From Octopus bimaculoides (Eukaryota), in the NCBI RefSeq assembly GCF_001194135.2, contig NC_068982.1, forward strand, positions 103,646,610 to 103,681,707: DNA of 35,098 nt. The letters are read 5' to 3'. The notes below the pieces were generated by a model. That model did not search any database. It had not been told where the DNA came from and worked only from the letters and a program-made list of their open reading frames with translations. Below are positions 11,781 to 22,262 of the stretch, piece after piece (position 1 is the first letter of the stretch; each line of letters opens with the position of its first letter). A program made the translations under genes and the position numbers.

Positions 11781-12070
11781 TCACCCGATTCATTAGAAAT
11801 AACCGTTACAGAAAGGGACATTTTAGATAATGTAGTTATATGGACAATATGTCTGAAAATTAGGTAGGATGGTCACGATGGGACACATTTTGATCATTGG
11901 CTTGATTATGAATGGCATAGGACTAAACCGCAGTAATAATCCCTGGATGTTGCGAGGAAACAGATCAGTTGTGACAAATTAACAAAAAAAAAAAAAGAAT
12001 CTTTATTACTCAGAATATTTAATTGATTACACAGTTTCCCTATTTCGAGGTTGAACGTCATAGTGTAGAG

Positions 12071-12405
12071 CAGAGGTTCTCAGCCATTTTTTATCTATGG
12101 ACCCCTTTGATTGCTATCTTATTCTAGTGGACCCCCATAGCCATTCGATGTTTAAAAACTAGTTCTATAAGAATCCTCTTTCAAAATTTCTATTTTGTTT
12201 TTCACACATTAACTTGTGTAGGTTGAACTATGTAAAATGTTAGCTGCTTCTTGTAATATATACCAATACATACATTCAAAGCAAAATTTTTCCAAGGGCC
12301 CTTAAAATACTATTGTAGATCCCTAAATTACTATTTTGTTGCGTGGACCCCAAAAATCTTATATGGATCCCCAGGGGCCATATGAACCCTGGTTGAGAAC
12401 CACTG
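12071..12405 (+). mobile_element. hAT (Buster/Charlie-type) MITE, 335 bp
   Basis: TIRs CAGAGGTTCTCAGCC / GGTTGAGAACCACTG (13/15 match). Perfect 8-bp TSD GTGTAGAG at 12063-12070 and 12406-12413, fitting the nnnTAnnn preference of Buster elements. Confidence 0.92.
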
Positions 12406-12562
12406 GTGTAGAGGTTAACTCACGATGATTTACATCCCTCACTTAGTTTCCATTCCCTGTTGGATACATTTCATATCAAACAACTTTATTTGTTTTAGCT
12501 AAGCCTCGACCATTTTGATATATATCCCCTCATCTAAAAATCACATTTGATCTATCTATATA

Positions 12563-12800
12563 CAAGGTGGCCCAAAAGTGGGTTTACAGTCATCACGAAA
12601 GCACTTTAAATTTCTTTTAAAACATTTTATTACATTTGAATTTCTATCTTACAAGCTGAAAAGGGAGCTTGATACAATTAACTAAATTAGCATAGAATAA
12701 TGGTTTCATATTTTTTTTATATAATTAAGATCTAAACTGTTAATATATGAATGCGAAAGAGATAGTTGAATAACTGTAAATCTACTTTTGGGCCGCCCTG
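12563..12800 (+). mobile_element. Tc1/mariner MITE, 238 bp
   Basis: 28-bp TIRs CAAGGTGGCCCAAAAGTGGGTTTACAGT / ACTGTAAATCTACTTTTGGGCCGCCCTG (24/28 match), with TA on both sides. Confidence 0.9.
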
Positions 12801-13184
12801 TATAAGAAACAATTACTTTTTCTCTTTAATCTCTCAATTATCGGAAGAAAATCAAATCTATCAGTTACTCAACAGGTTACCTTGTAGGATCAACAAACTG
12901 TGACCCTTTCAAACTTGGTTTATTATTGCATAATATTTGGTTGAATTACAAAACTACTGAATCACCCTGCTTCAGTGACATGATATTGCAAAATACCCGA
13001 AACAGTGATAACACATCACGATATCATTTCATCCCTTTCATATTCCAGGGCTATTCTCTATCTGGCTCCTTCATGTCACGCGTTTATATGAGAACTTGTC
13101 AAAATACCATCTACTTTGAATGTTTCTACTTATATAACAAATAACAGTTTGAACCCAGATGACTTTTAGCTTCCAACTTGATAT

Positions 13185-13497
13185 GCTGTGGTTTGCTGTG
13201 GTGCTCTTATGTTTACTGTATTGAAAGTGTTTTGCGTAGAATGTGTGCAGTACCCAGTAGTGCAATTTTCTGTATGTTATATATATTTGTAAGTCCTGGT
13301 GTTTTTGTTATGTATTTGTCTGAATATTTTTTTATTATACCTAAGGCACCTACTATGATAGGAATTGTTTCTGTTTTTAGATTCCACATTCGAGTTATCT
13401 CTATTTCCAGGTCTTTGTATTTTGAAAGTTTTTCCATTTCTTTTAGAGAAACGTTGTCATCTGCTGGTATTGATACATCAATTAGAAAGCATTTAAA
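13185..13497 (-). mobile_element. R4/Dong-clade non-LTR retrotransposon, C-terminal restriction-like endonuclease fragment
   Basis: Open frame KCFLIDVSIPADDNVSLKEMEKLSKYKDLEIEITRMWNLKTETIPIIVGALG...LLGTAHILRKTLSIQ* (includes ORF 13213-13437), typical of the RLE domain end of R4-clade elements. A short 3' UTR piece follows. Confidence 0.88.
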
Positions 13498-13514
13498 AAT
13501 TTTTTTTTTTTTTA

Positions 13515-13586
<72 letters not shown>

Positions 13587-13610
13587 GTTGTTGTTGTTGT
13601 TGTTGTTGTT
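13515..13610. repeat. (ATT)24-(GTT)8 compound microsatellite
   Basis: Directly visible. Source of the poly-Tyr/poly-Cys ORF 13178-13657. Confidence 0.97.
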
Positions 13611-13956
13611 ATTGTCATAGCATTTTCGACGCATATCGCTTAATGACAAGCATTTAAATCTTTGCGCTAATAAATACAGGCGATTAACGTACGGTAGAAA
13701 GTGTAGTCCCTGCGAATCCTCGAGTTTGCAAAGCGATTTCGATTTTCGGTTGAGTTATTTCGATCCATTAAGGTTGCAAATATTCAAAACAAAGACATAT
13801 TTTATGGCTTTGAATTACGCATCTTCTAAAAGTAATAGGCTTCGTATCATCCTAAAAAAAAAACAACGGCAAAGAAATTCAGTGTAATATTTCAGGAAAA
13901 CAAAGTATCATAGTAAGGTGCACACTAAAATGAATATCCTATCTTTAAGGTGTAGT

Positions 13957-14265
13957 GAAGGCGCAAAGCTCAATGGTTCGAGCGTCGGGATTACAATCAT
14001 GTGGTTGTGAGTTCGATTCCCGGACCAGGTTGTGTTGTGTTCTTGGGCAAGACACTGTATTTCACGTTGCTTCAGTTCACTCAGTTGTAGAAATGAATTG
14101 TGACGTCACTGGTTTTTGCCTTTCCCTTGGATAACGTCGGTGGCAAACTGGCATGCACGGGCGACTGCTGGTCTTCCATAAACAACCTTACCTGGACTTG
14201 TTCCTCGGAGGGTAACTTTCTCGGTGCAATCCCGTGGTTATCCGTGACCAAAAAGGGTCTTTACT
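13957..14265 (+). mobile_element. tRNA-derived SINE family C
   Basis: GAAGGCGCAAAGCTCAATGGTTCGAGCG...GAGTTCGATTCCCGG (A and B boxes). Probable TSD TATCTTTAAG at 13940-13949 and 14267-14276. Confidence 0.88.
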
Positions 14266-14554
14266 TTATCTTTAAGCTATCACTTTTTCTGTGGCCATTT
14301 CATAGTGGAAATACTTCCTTTCCTATCAATATTCTTTAAGTTTCCTCTCTACTTCGATTGCTGTTTCGTCCTAGACGGATAAATGAAGCAGATACCGAGC
14401 ATCTTAATTAGATATTTGTCCCATTTACGTTGTCTTTTAGCAAGTAACTGACTTTTCAGAAGCTGAATTATTAAACCATTTATTTATCTTGGTTTAACTA
14501 AGAGCATATTTGCACGACCCTCCTCGATTTTTCATTTTACATTCTGTTAAGCAG

Positions 14555-14613
14555 GATACCCCTTAATACACTCTACTTCGAAACCCTTTACATACAAAGT
14601 CATTCGGGTGAAG
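14555..14613 (+). CDS. Candidate internal exon of an unidentified host gene (59 bp)
   Basis: Pyrimidine-rich acceptor TTTTTCATTTTACATTCTGTTAAGCAG and consensus donor AAG|GTAAGC. Two frames are open: GYPLIHSTSKPFTYKVIRVK or IPLNTLYFETLYIQSHSGE. No homology recognised. Confidence 0.35.
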
Positions 14614-14794
14614 GTAAGCTTCACTGATAAATGACAGATCTTTATAACCAACGAATAAACGTTAATGCATAATAGGGTGTCCTGAGAAAAGGCCTGAGAT
14701 TCCCGACATCTAAGACTTACTAGATTTAATCCTACAAAATACTTTCGATGGTAAAAATTGATCAAAACTGTTTAGTAACTTTTATCTTGTACTT

Positions 14795-15130
14795 GTGTTA
14801 GTCATTGGGCTGTAGCCATTCTGGGGTACCGCCTTGAACGGTCTAGTCGAACAAATCAACTCCAGTACTTATGTTCAAGTCCAGTACTCTTTTGCCAAAG
14901 CGACATAAGTAAACCTACAACAAGTATCAGCGGTAGTGGGGGTACAAACATAAAACAACACACACATACAAACACACGACGGGACGAGCTTCCATACAGT
15001 TTCTGTCTACCAAATTCACTTACAAGGTAATGGTCGACCTGGGGCTATAGTAGAAGACAACTGCCCAGTGGGACTGAACCAGAAACCACGGGGTTGCAAA
15101 GCGAGTTTCTTAACCACACAGCCATGCCTG
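14795..15130 (-). mobile_element. Composite SINE family B with a short internal (AC)-rich linker
   Basis: Head at 14985-15130 and body at 14795-14945 match 7551-8200 in reverse complement. Confidence 0.8.
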
Positions 15131-15849
15131 CACCTACCAAGACATTTATTGAATATTTTTTTATTGCATGGTCAAGGGATAAATGTAGTACCCATGTCCC
15201 TTTTCAGGGTCCGGACTAGTAGGAGAGGGAGGAAGGTCTTTAAGAAGTCGCTCCTCCTAGAAATAGCAGTCAAATCTCCCACAATTAATACGTTATCATT
15301 TTGAAAAGGGTAAGTTCACAATACCAAAGAAGAAAGATGTGATAATCATGGTTGGAATGTCTTTGATCATAAGTCTGCTTAATTATAGATGACCTTGAGT
15401 TATACAGCACCAGAGACAACGCGATACTATAACAGTATTTGATGGTGTAAAACACACACATCCATATCAGACGGACACGCATTACAACAGCGTATATGTA
15501 AGAAAAAAATTCTTTTCGTGTATTAAAGCATGTAATATTGACTCAACTTCGCATATAGGGCCCAGGAATCTGGGACGATTTTTTTTGGAAAAAAGTGCGT
15601 TTTCTATGCCATCAAATACGGAAATTATCCATCTTACGGAGAAGGACCTAATCGTCTCATAATTCAGTTTTATCACTCTGTATGGAATAATGCCTTTCAC
15701 CGCCTGTCGCTACAATGTTATCACCAAACTGTTATTCTAAACTATCTCTATAATCAATATGGGCATATCATATGGGCGGACAGTAATCGAATCGACTACA
15801 CACATCTGGATATTAGTATCTATCTATCTCATTTATCTACCTCCTTCTC

Positions 15850-16090
15850 TCTGTCCACACGCTCACAAACACACGCATATATACATATATATACATACAC
15901 ACATATATATACATGTATGCATACACATATACACCTGCATATATATATATATATACACACACATACATACTTACATGTATGTGCGCACGCATGGTTTATA
16001 AAGTGTTATACTGTATACATATACTGTACAGGCACGCATATATACACATACAAAATATATACATGTATTTATGAGTGTGTGTATGTGCGT
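15850..16090. repeat. Compound (TA)/(CA)/(TACA) low-complexity tract
   Basis: Visible. Source of ORFs 15759-16001 and 15917-16105. Confidence 0.9.
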
Positions 16091-16129
16091 GTGATGAAGG
16101 GGTAGGAGAACGCAAGTGCTTGTGTGTGG

Positions 16130-16560
16130 TAGTGAGTTTGCGAAGAGCCATCACTGATAAATTTTGTTGTTTGAAAAATTCAATAGAAAAATTTATTGTC
16201 GATCCCTCGTTACTTTTGTATGATGTGTCATTACCAAGTCCAATAATTAATTATTGAACATTAAATGCATCTGTGTTTCTTTAATAAACTCGATCAATGT
16301 CCCACAGAAATAATGGGGTTTTTTGAATGTGGAATTAATTACGTAATAACTAAATTTTATATAATAATCATAATAAGTCTTTGTGAAGATGCTTAATTGC
16401 TAGAGTTTGCCTTGATCATTTAAAAGATGAAGGAAGCCTTGATCTTAATCTGTAATTTATATGTCAGCTCTATTCTTTGGTTTAGCCATTGCTAAATGAC
16501 ATTGCAATGACTGAAGTCAGGTTATGGCAGACTGACCGCACGATTTCTTTACCGTCATTG
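16130..16560 (-). mobile_element. Helitron PIF1-like helicase relic, copy 1
   Basis: 16130-16290 aligns by eye with 16745-16900 (e.g. GATAAATTTTGTT...GAAAAATTTATTG.CGATCCCTC...ACTTTTGTATGATG). Heavily frameshifted. Confidence 0.55.
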
Positions 16561-16699
16561 TAAAAGCAGAAATACTTGGAAATTGTGACTTGGAGTTGCG
16601 TCATTTCTTGGAATGAGCAAGTTATTGTCTTTGCTTTCTGTGAATATATATGCATGAATATAAAACTAATAGGAAGGCCAGACAAATGTCATTTAAAAG

Positions 16700-17110
16700 T
16701 CCAATCCTTAAATTCCAGTTTTGAAGAAGCATTATTACGAGATCTTTGAGTTCATGAAGCGCCATCCTTGATAAATTTTGTTATTTAAAAAATTTAATTG
16801 AAAAATTTATTGCCGATCCCTCATCACTTTTGTATGATGGGCCATGACTGAGTATACGGTCCAATATTTGATTATTGAACTTTACTGCATCGTTGTTCCT
16901 TTTTGTGAGGATTATAATTGTTGAAATTTCACGTGTTGCTACATCATTTGTAATATCGTTTGATTCATCATATATTTCTCCAATTTCCATGTGACCAAAT
17001 CATAAGGAACTTCTGTACTACATAAATCTTTCGCCGTATCATTTTCTAGAGCCCCATCGTCAGTTTTACAAAGCCACGTCAGGAATTCATCTTATGTTGC
17101 TCTTGTCTCA
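16700..17110 (-). mobile_element. Helitron PIF1-like helicase relic, copy 2
   Basis: ORF 16781-16990 gives IILTKRNNDAVKFNNQILDRI...SYKSDEGSAINFSIKFF, followed by LHELKDLVIMLLQN. This matches the PIF1/Helitron segment AILAPKNxxVxxIN...YKSxD...NYPxEFLN...PHELxLK..PIMLLRN. Confidence 0.7.
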
Positions 17111-17561
17111 CACTGCCTATGAGATTTATTTCTTGACCGCTTGATTCTCATGACTTAATACATGACTCTTGGTGCATAACTAAATGATATCGTATTGACA
17201 AGTTTTACCACTCAATACGGAATACCTTTAACCGCCTGTCGTAGCAGTGTTGTTCTAAGCTATCTCTCTATATAATCAATGTGGATATGTCATTGGATGG
17301 TCAGCAATCGACTATACACTCTAAGTAGTGCATGAACAAAATATTTTCAATGTTTCTTAAGCATTTCTTTTTACTGTGTCCAAAGAATTTCCTTAGTTAA
17401 GGAAATCTTTTTGTTTTCTTCAAATTGCTGATGGAATTATTTTGAGTTATTTTGATTGCTTATTGAGCCATATCAAAGCAAACAAATTTCCAAAATAAGA
17501 AGGAAATTCATAGGGGGAAACTACACTTGTAATCTATTCAAAGCCATTATTTATTAAAGTT

Positions 17562-17774
17562 AAGGCGGCGAGCTGGCAGAATCGTTAGAACGCCGGGCGA
17601 GATGCTTAATAGTATTTTGTCTGTTGCTACATTCTGAGTTCAAATTCAGCCGAGGTCGACTTTGCCTTTCATCCTTTCGAGGTCGATAACTCAAGTACCA
17701 GTTGAGTACTGGGGTCGATGTAATCGACTACCCCTTTTCCCCGATTTTCAGGTCTTGTACCTTTAGTAGAAAAG
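17562..17774 (+). mobile_element. Full-length SINE family A
   Basis: Consensus match, with perfect 16-bp TSD ATTATTTATTAAAGTT at 17546-17561 and 17775-17790. Confidence 0.93.
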
Positions 17775-19246
17775 ATTATTTATTAAAGTTCGTTGTTATG
17801 CAACTCCTATAAAGTTACATGTAGAACTCCATCTACTGTCGATAGATTATCAAAGTTCATTACTCCTCTCATTAAAAATTAGTATTCTAAGACGGAAGCG
17901 TTCGGATTCTTTAAAACTGATAATATATATTCTTGGAATAGTTTTACTGGAATCGTGAATTCTTGGTTTCTACAATGGAGTTTTCTCGTTAAAAAACATA
18001 ATATGGAATAGAAGAATATAGTAGGTCTCACACCCACATATCTTGTTGATTCATTGCAAACCATGCAGTCAAGTTTTTTCTTTATTGACAGCTTATAATG
18101 CTTACCTTTCCTTTCTTTCAATGAAATACTCAATCTGGTTTTTTTCCAAATGAAGTAAAAGTATCATCCCTATAATTTGTGTGCAACATTTTCTCTATTT
18201 CGTTTTAAAATAGTTGTCAGATAACATAATAATTCAATTATTATATTGAATTATGTATTATAGCAATTTAGCCATCACAAAAGGAATCGAACCTAGGATA
18301 CTATAATTGCAAAGTGAACTGCTTAACCACTCGACCGAGCCGGCACGCACAAGCGCGCGCACGCACAAGCGCGCGCACGCACACACACTAGACCCATGAG
18401 AGTAAATACAATCTCTGCCTATCAAAGATCAGCAAGGATAAGGGACCAGATGTGGTAGTCAATGATTTAGTAATAGATTTCCACACTGTGTTTTGTAACA
18501 TTACAAAGAATATTTTGGCTTTTATTACAATAACCATCAAAATCGTAAAAGAAAAAAAAAACAATAATAAACGAGCCTGAGAAGTACTGAAGTGAAAAAT
18601 AGTCTTTAAAAAGATAATGATTTTACTAAAATTATCCCGCCCCTAAATTCTATTATTTTTTTTTAAGCATGTATCTAAATGACTGGTTCAAATATTTCCC
18701 TGAAAGCTTATTTGTTTTTAGATTTCTGCCCTTTCGCAAAACGATAAGTGTATATCATGCCCTTGTTTCATTTCCCATAAGATCATTTGTTCGAGATCTA
18801 GGTCAGCGCGTTGTTTCCCCAGCACGTGTGTGTGTGTGTGTGTGTGTCTACGACTATTGGACGTGAACGGTCGTTTAGAAAAACCAGAAAACAATGTAGT
18901 CGTGCTGCCATTGTCAAAGCACGAAAACTACACTAAATAAAGTATTACAAGATTTGTCCGAAAATATCCAACACAATATAGCCGATTTGTATTTGTCTTG
19001 TCACGGAAGTATACAAAGTGAATTATTACAGCATCTAGAGAAAAGATTTACTAACCATATTGTTGTAGAGCTGCCTTTGTTAGGGCACGAAATTACCCTG
19101 AATATATTATACTAAGAAAATTCCCCTCTAAAATAAATCAGCAACTAAATAAATAAATAAAACCACTTCAAAAATTTTGCAAAGACAAAAAACAACAACG
19201 ATAAAAAATACAATAAAAGAAATCATTAAATGATATAGGCAACGGT

Positions 19247-19430
19247 GGAGAAAATGCTTTGCAGTATTCCTTCTGGTTCTTTACGTTCTGAATTCACATT
19301 TCGTCGAGGTCACCTTTGACCTTCATCGTTTCGGGGTTGATAAAAGTATCAGTTGAATAATGGAATCAATGTAATCGTCTTGTACGCCTCACGCCGCTCA
19401 AAATTGCTGGTTCTCTGCCAAAATTGGAAA
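19247..19430 (+). mobile_element. Diverged SINE family A
   Basis: AAATGCTTTGCAGTATT...CTGAATTCACATTTCGTCGAGGTCACCTTTGACCTTCATCGTTTCGGGGTTGATAAAAGTATCAG. Confidence 0.7.
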
Positions 19431-19481
19431 GAATTAAGTAATACAAGAGATTTTATATCAATCAGCGTCTTTGTATACGGT

Positions 19482-19814
19482 AAAGGGTAAAGACTTACTT
19501 CGGTCATGAATGACCATGGGGTTGCACCTAGAAAGTTACCCTCGGGGCCACAAGTCCAGGTAGGGTTGTTTATAGAAGACCAACAATTGCACATGCATAC
19601 CAGCCTCCCCTCTATACGCCACCGGTGTTATCCAAAGGAAAGGCAAAGGCCAATACAGCTTGGCACCAGTGACATCGCAACTCATTTCTACAGGTGACTG
19701 AACTGGAGCAACATGAAATAAAGTGTCTTGCCCAAGAACACAACACAGCCCGATCCGGGAATTGAACTCACTACCTCATGATTGCGAGCCTAACACTCTA
19801 AACACTGAGCCTTC
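19482..19814 (-). mobile_element. tRNA-derived SINE family C
   Basis: Reverse complement of 13957-14265, including the CCAGTGACATCGCAACTC and CCTTTCCTTTGGATAAC segments. Confidence 0.88.
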
Positions 19815-20973
19815 CGTCTTATAAGGGTAATAATAATACCTAATCTTGCTATATATAATGGTATTAAACATTTTATGAAACATAACGCCACTTCGGACCG
19901 TTATTTTCTGGCTACAAACAATACTAAACTTTTGCTCTTATTGTTTCACAAGAAATATTAGATTTTCATCAACTTATTTCTGATATTTTAATATCTTTCA
20001 TGTAAAAATAACGGTACAACATCGATTGATGATATAAGAAATTCTTGTATATTAGCCATTGGCAGAGTTGGGTAAAAGTAAGTCAAAGATTTGAATTTAA
20101 CGCTAAGGAATACCATGTTACTATTCAATTATAGTCCTTGGCATAACTTCAAACTGCATCCGGTATTGGCGTCTTGATTCGGGAGTTCCAAGGTTTTGAG
20201 GAGTGCAGAACCACCTCTAAGCTACTATTGTTGCCAGGAATAGTCTGATCCGGAGAAGCAGTACTTGTTAGGGTTCCAGCTATGGTTTAAATAGCATGTA
20301 ACCGCCCTATTCAGGGTACGTTGAAATCATGGGATGCAACATAGTGGAAGTGAACTACTTCGGTAAATGAACTTATTGAATCAATGGCGAAAATTGTTTG
20401 AGGTTGAGCAGATTGACAGACTATAAACTGTCAATACCCAGGATCGACCAGTTCAGTTAGCGAACTACTCTTATCTGTAGTTGAAGCGTGCGCAGCTAGT
20501 GAAAGACCGTTGTAACTAAAACGCAGGCCATTCTTACCGCATCGCTCGATCAAACAGCTGGCATGGAAGAGTTGCATTGGCCGGGCAAATTGCCCGAAAG
20601 AATGGTGAATGATGATAATACAGTGCTCACCATTTATCACGATGAGCTGCACTGACGAATGATACCTATATATAATTCAATGAACCTAGTTAGCAAAAGG
20701 AAAATATTATGGCCATTGAAGAGCGTGATGTTTGTGATGGAATACAAAAACACAACTCCTACAAGCAGATCAATACCGTCTCAATTATATCAGCTATCCT
20801 CTGGACCTTGACAAACTGCTTTCTTCTCAAATAAACCAGGGCTGCCTCCTCTATTTGAATCTAACGCCATATTTACAGATTTAAACTTTTAAAAATTTGT
20901 TTGAATCAATTGGTTACTTCTGCTTCACTGGTAAATATTCCTTCCTATATTCTTCCAAGCAACTTTCACATAA

Positions 20974-21211
20974 TCTTACTATAATGGGCGTTATGTCCGT
21001 TTGTCTGTCCATCTCTTTGTCTGTCCCCTCTTCACGGCCCGACGGCTGGACCAATGGTTACGATATTTTTCGGGATTACAAAGACGGTCGCCAGGAAGGA
21101 TTTTAGCATTAAAAATCAGAAAGTATGATTATTTCGTAGACATCGATTTTTGAATTGATAAACCGCCTTCACATTTTTATTAAAAATTCACCGACCACGA
21201 GTAACTCTGGA
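20974..21211 (+). mobile_element. Short non-autonomous Helitron-like element
   Basis: Starts A|TCTTACTATAAT...GTCCGTTTGTCTGTCC (5' TC, TCTG-like tract). Ends with CCACGAGTAACTCTGG...TAG|T, a degenerate version of the hairpin/CTAG end seen at 31-60. Confidence 0.5.
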
Positions 21212-21296
21212 TTTTCATCGTATAGTTTGTGGCCCATGGTAGATACGAAATGGGTTGCGAGGACGGTTAATAGCGAAAATAATTGGTAAAAGTGTG

Positions 21297-21864
21297 GGAT
21301 CTTTTTTAAAACGGGGGCCACATTTTTCATTAACGAAACACTTTGAAACTTGGAACACTGGTAGAATGTGTCATATAAAACATCTTTTTCTTTTAGTCTT
21401 CTTAAAAAAAAAAGAAATCCATAAATTATTCCATATTAAAGTTGTCGTATTTCTGTAATTTCAACCAATCACTGACGTCCATTCAGCCGATATACATTAA
21501 GTGCCGACTACATAAACAAACGATTCTGAAACAATTAACCCTAACCCTAACCCTAGGGTTAGGGTTAGGGTTAAAGCAAATTTAAAATGAAAAAAGCAAA
21601 TAAAACGAAGGTATGGAGATTAAATACGCTTTACATCGCTTAATGAGCCAAAGGAGTAAAGGTAAACAACTGAATACTTGTCAGTGATTGGTTGAAATTA
21701 TCGAAATAAGACAATTTTTTACATGAAATAAATTCGAATACAAAAATATTTTTCTGTTCTATAACACAAAATAGATAAGTATACGAAGTTTGAAAGTCTT
21801 TCGGTACCAAAAACACTACGTAAAACATTAAGGAAAAATGTGGCCCCCGTTTTAAAAAAGATCC
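21297..21864 (+). mobile_element. Merlin-like MITE, 568 bp
   Basis: 37-bp TIRs at 21297-21333 and 21828-21864 (36/37 match, GG...CC termini). Perfect 8-bp TSD AAAGTGTG at 21289-21296 and 21865-21872. Inner 21-bp perfect inverted repeat at 21456-21476 / 21680-21700. Confidence 0.88.
21535..21574. repeat. Perfect 40-bp palindrome of telomeric hexamers
   Basis: TTAACCCTAACCCTAACCCTAGGGTTAGGGTTAGGGTTAA equals its own reverse complement. Confidence 0.97.
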
Positions 21865-22073
21865 AAAGTGTGTGTCAGTATATAGTGTGTGTGATTATTT
21901 AGTGGTTATTGAAGTGTGTCAGTCTCGAGCAGGAGTCGAAACGGCTAATCGAAGCAGCTGTTGTTTATATCTCAGTTTTGTCAATCAAAATAACCCATGG
22001 TACCAGAACATCAGACATTGTTCGCATAGAACAGTGAGAGGTGAGTCTCAGTTTGATTTTTTGCAACCCTAAA

Positions 22074-22262
22074 GATTCTGCTCGCGCATTCACAGCAAAC
22101 AAGGCACAGGGCCAGATTTTCGATCGTGTAGGTGAAATTTTACCCACTCCGATGTTTACATACGACTAGTTATACGTCACTATGAGTAGAGCAACGGACT
22201 CCAGTAATTTGAAAATTAGTGTCGACCAAACAGAAAATATCGTCTAAAAAGAAGTTTTGTAA
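22074..22262 (+). pseudogene. Helitron RepHel / PIF1-like helicase C-terminus relic
   Basis: DSARAFTANKAQGQIFDRVGEILPTPMFTYD*LYVTMSRATDSSNLKISVDQTENIV*KEVL* matches helicase motifs V/VI, AFAMTINKSQGQT...VFSHGQLYVAMSR...TKNIVYKEVL*. Two in-frame stops. Confidence 0.88.

Noticed and set aside
13178-13657. 159-aa ORF with poly-Tyr and poly-Cys
   Set aside because: It is the antisense of the R4 fragment plus the (ATT)n(GTT)n microsatellite.
21535-21574. Interpretation as a telomere-telomere fusion scar
   Set aside because: The orientation is (CCCTAA)-(TTAGGG), opposite to a fusion. It has only three units per arm and lies inside a TSD-flanked MITE.
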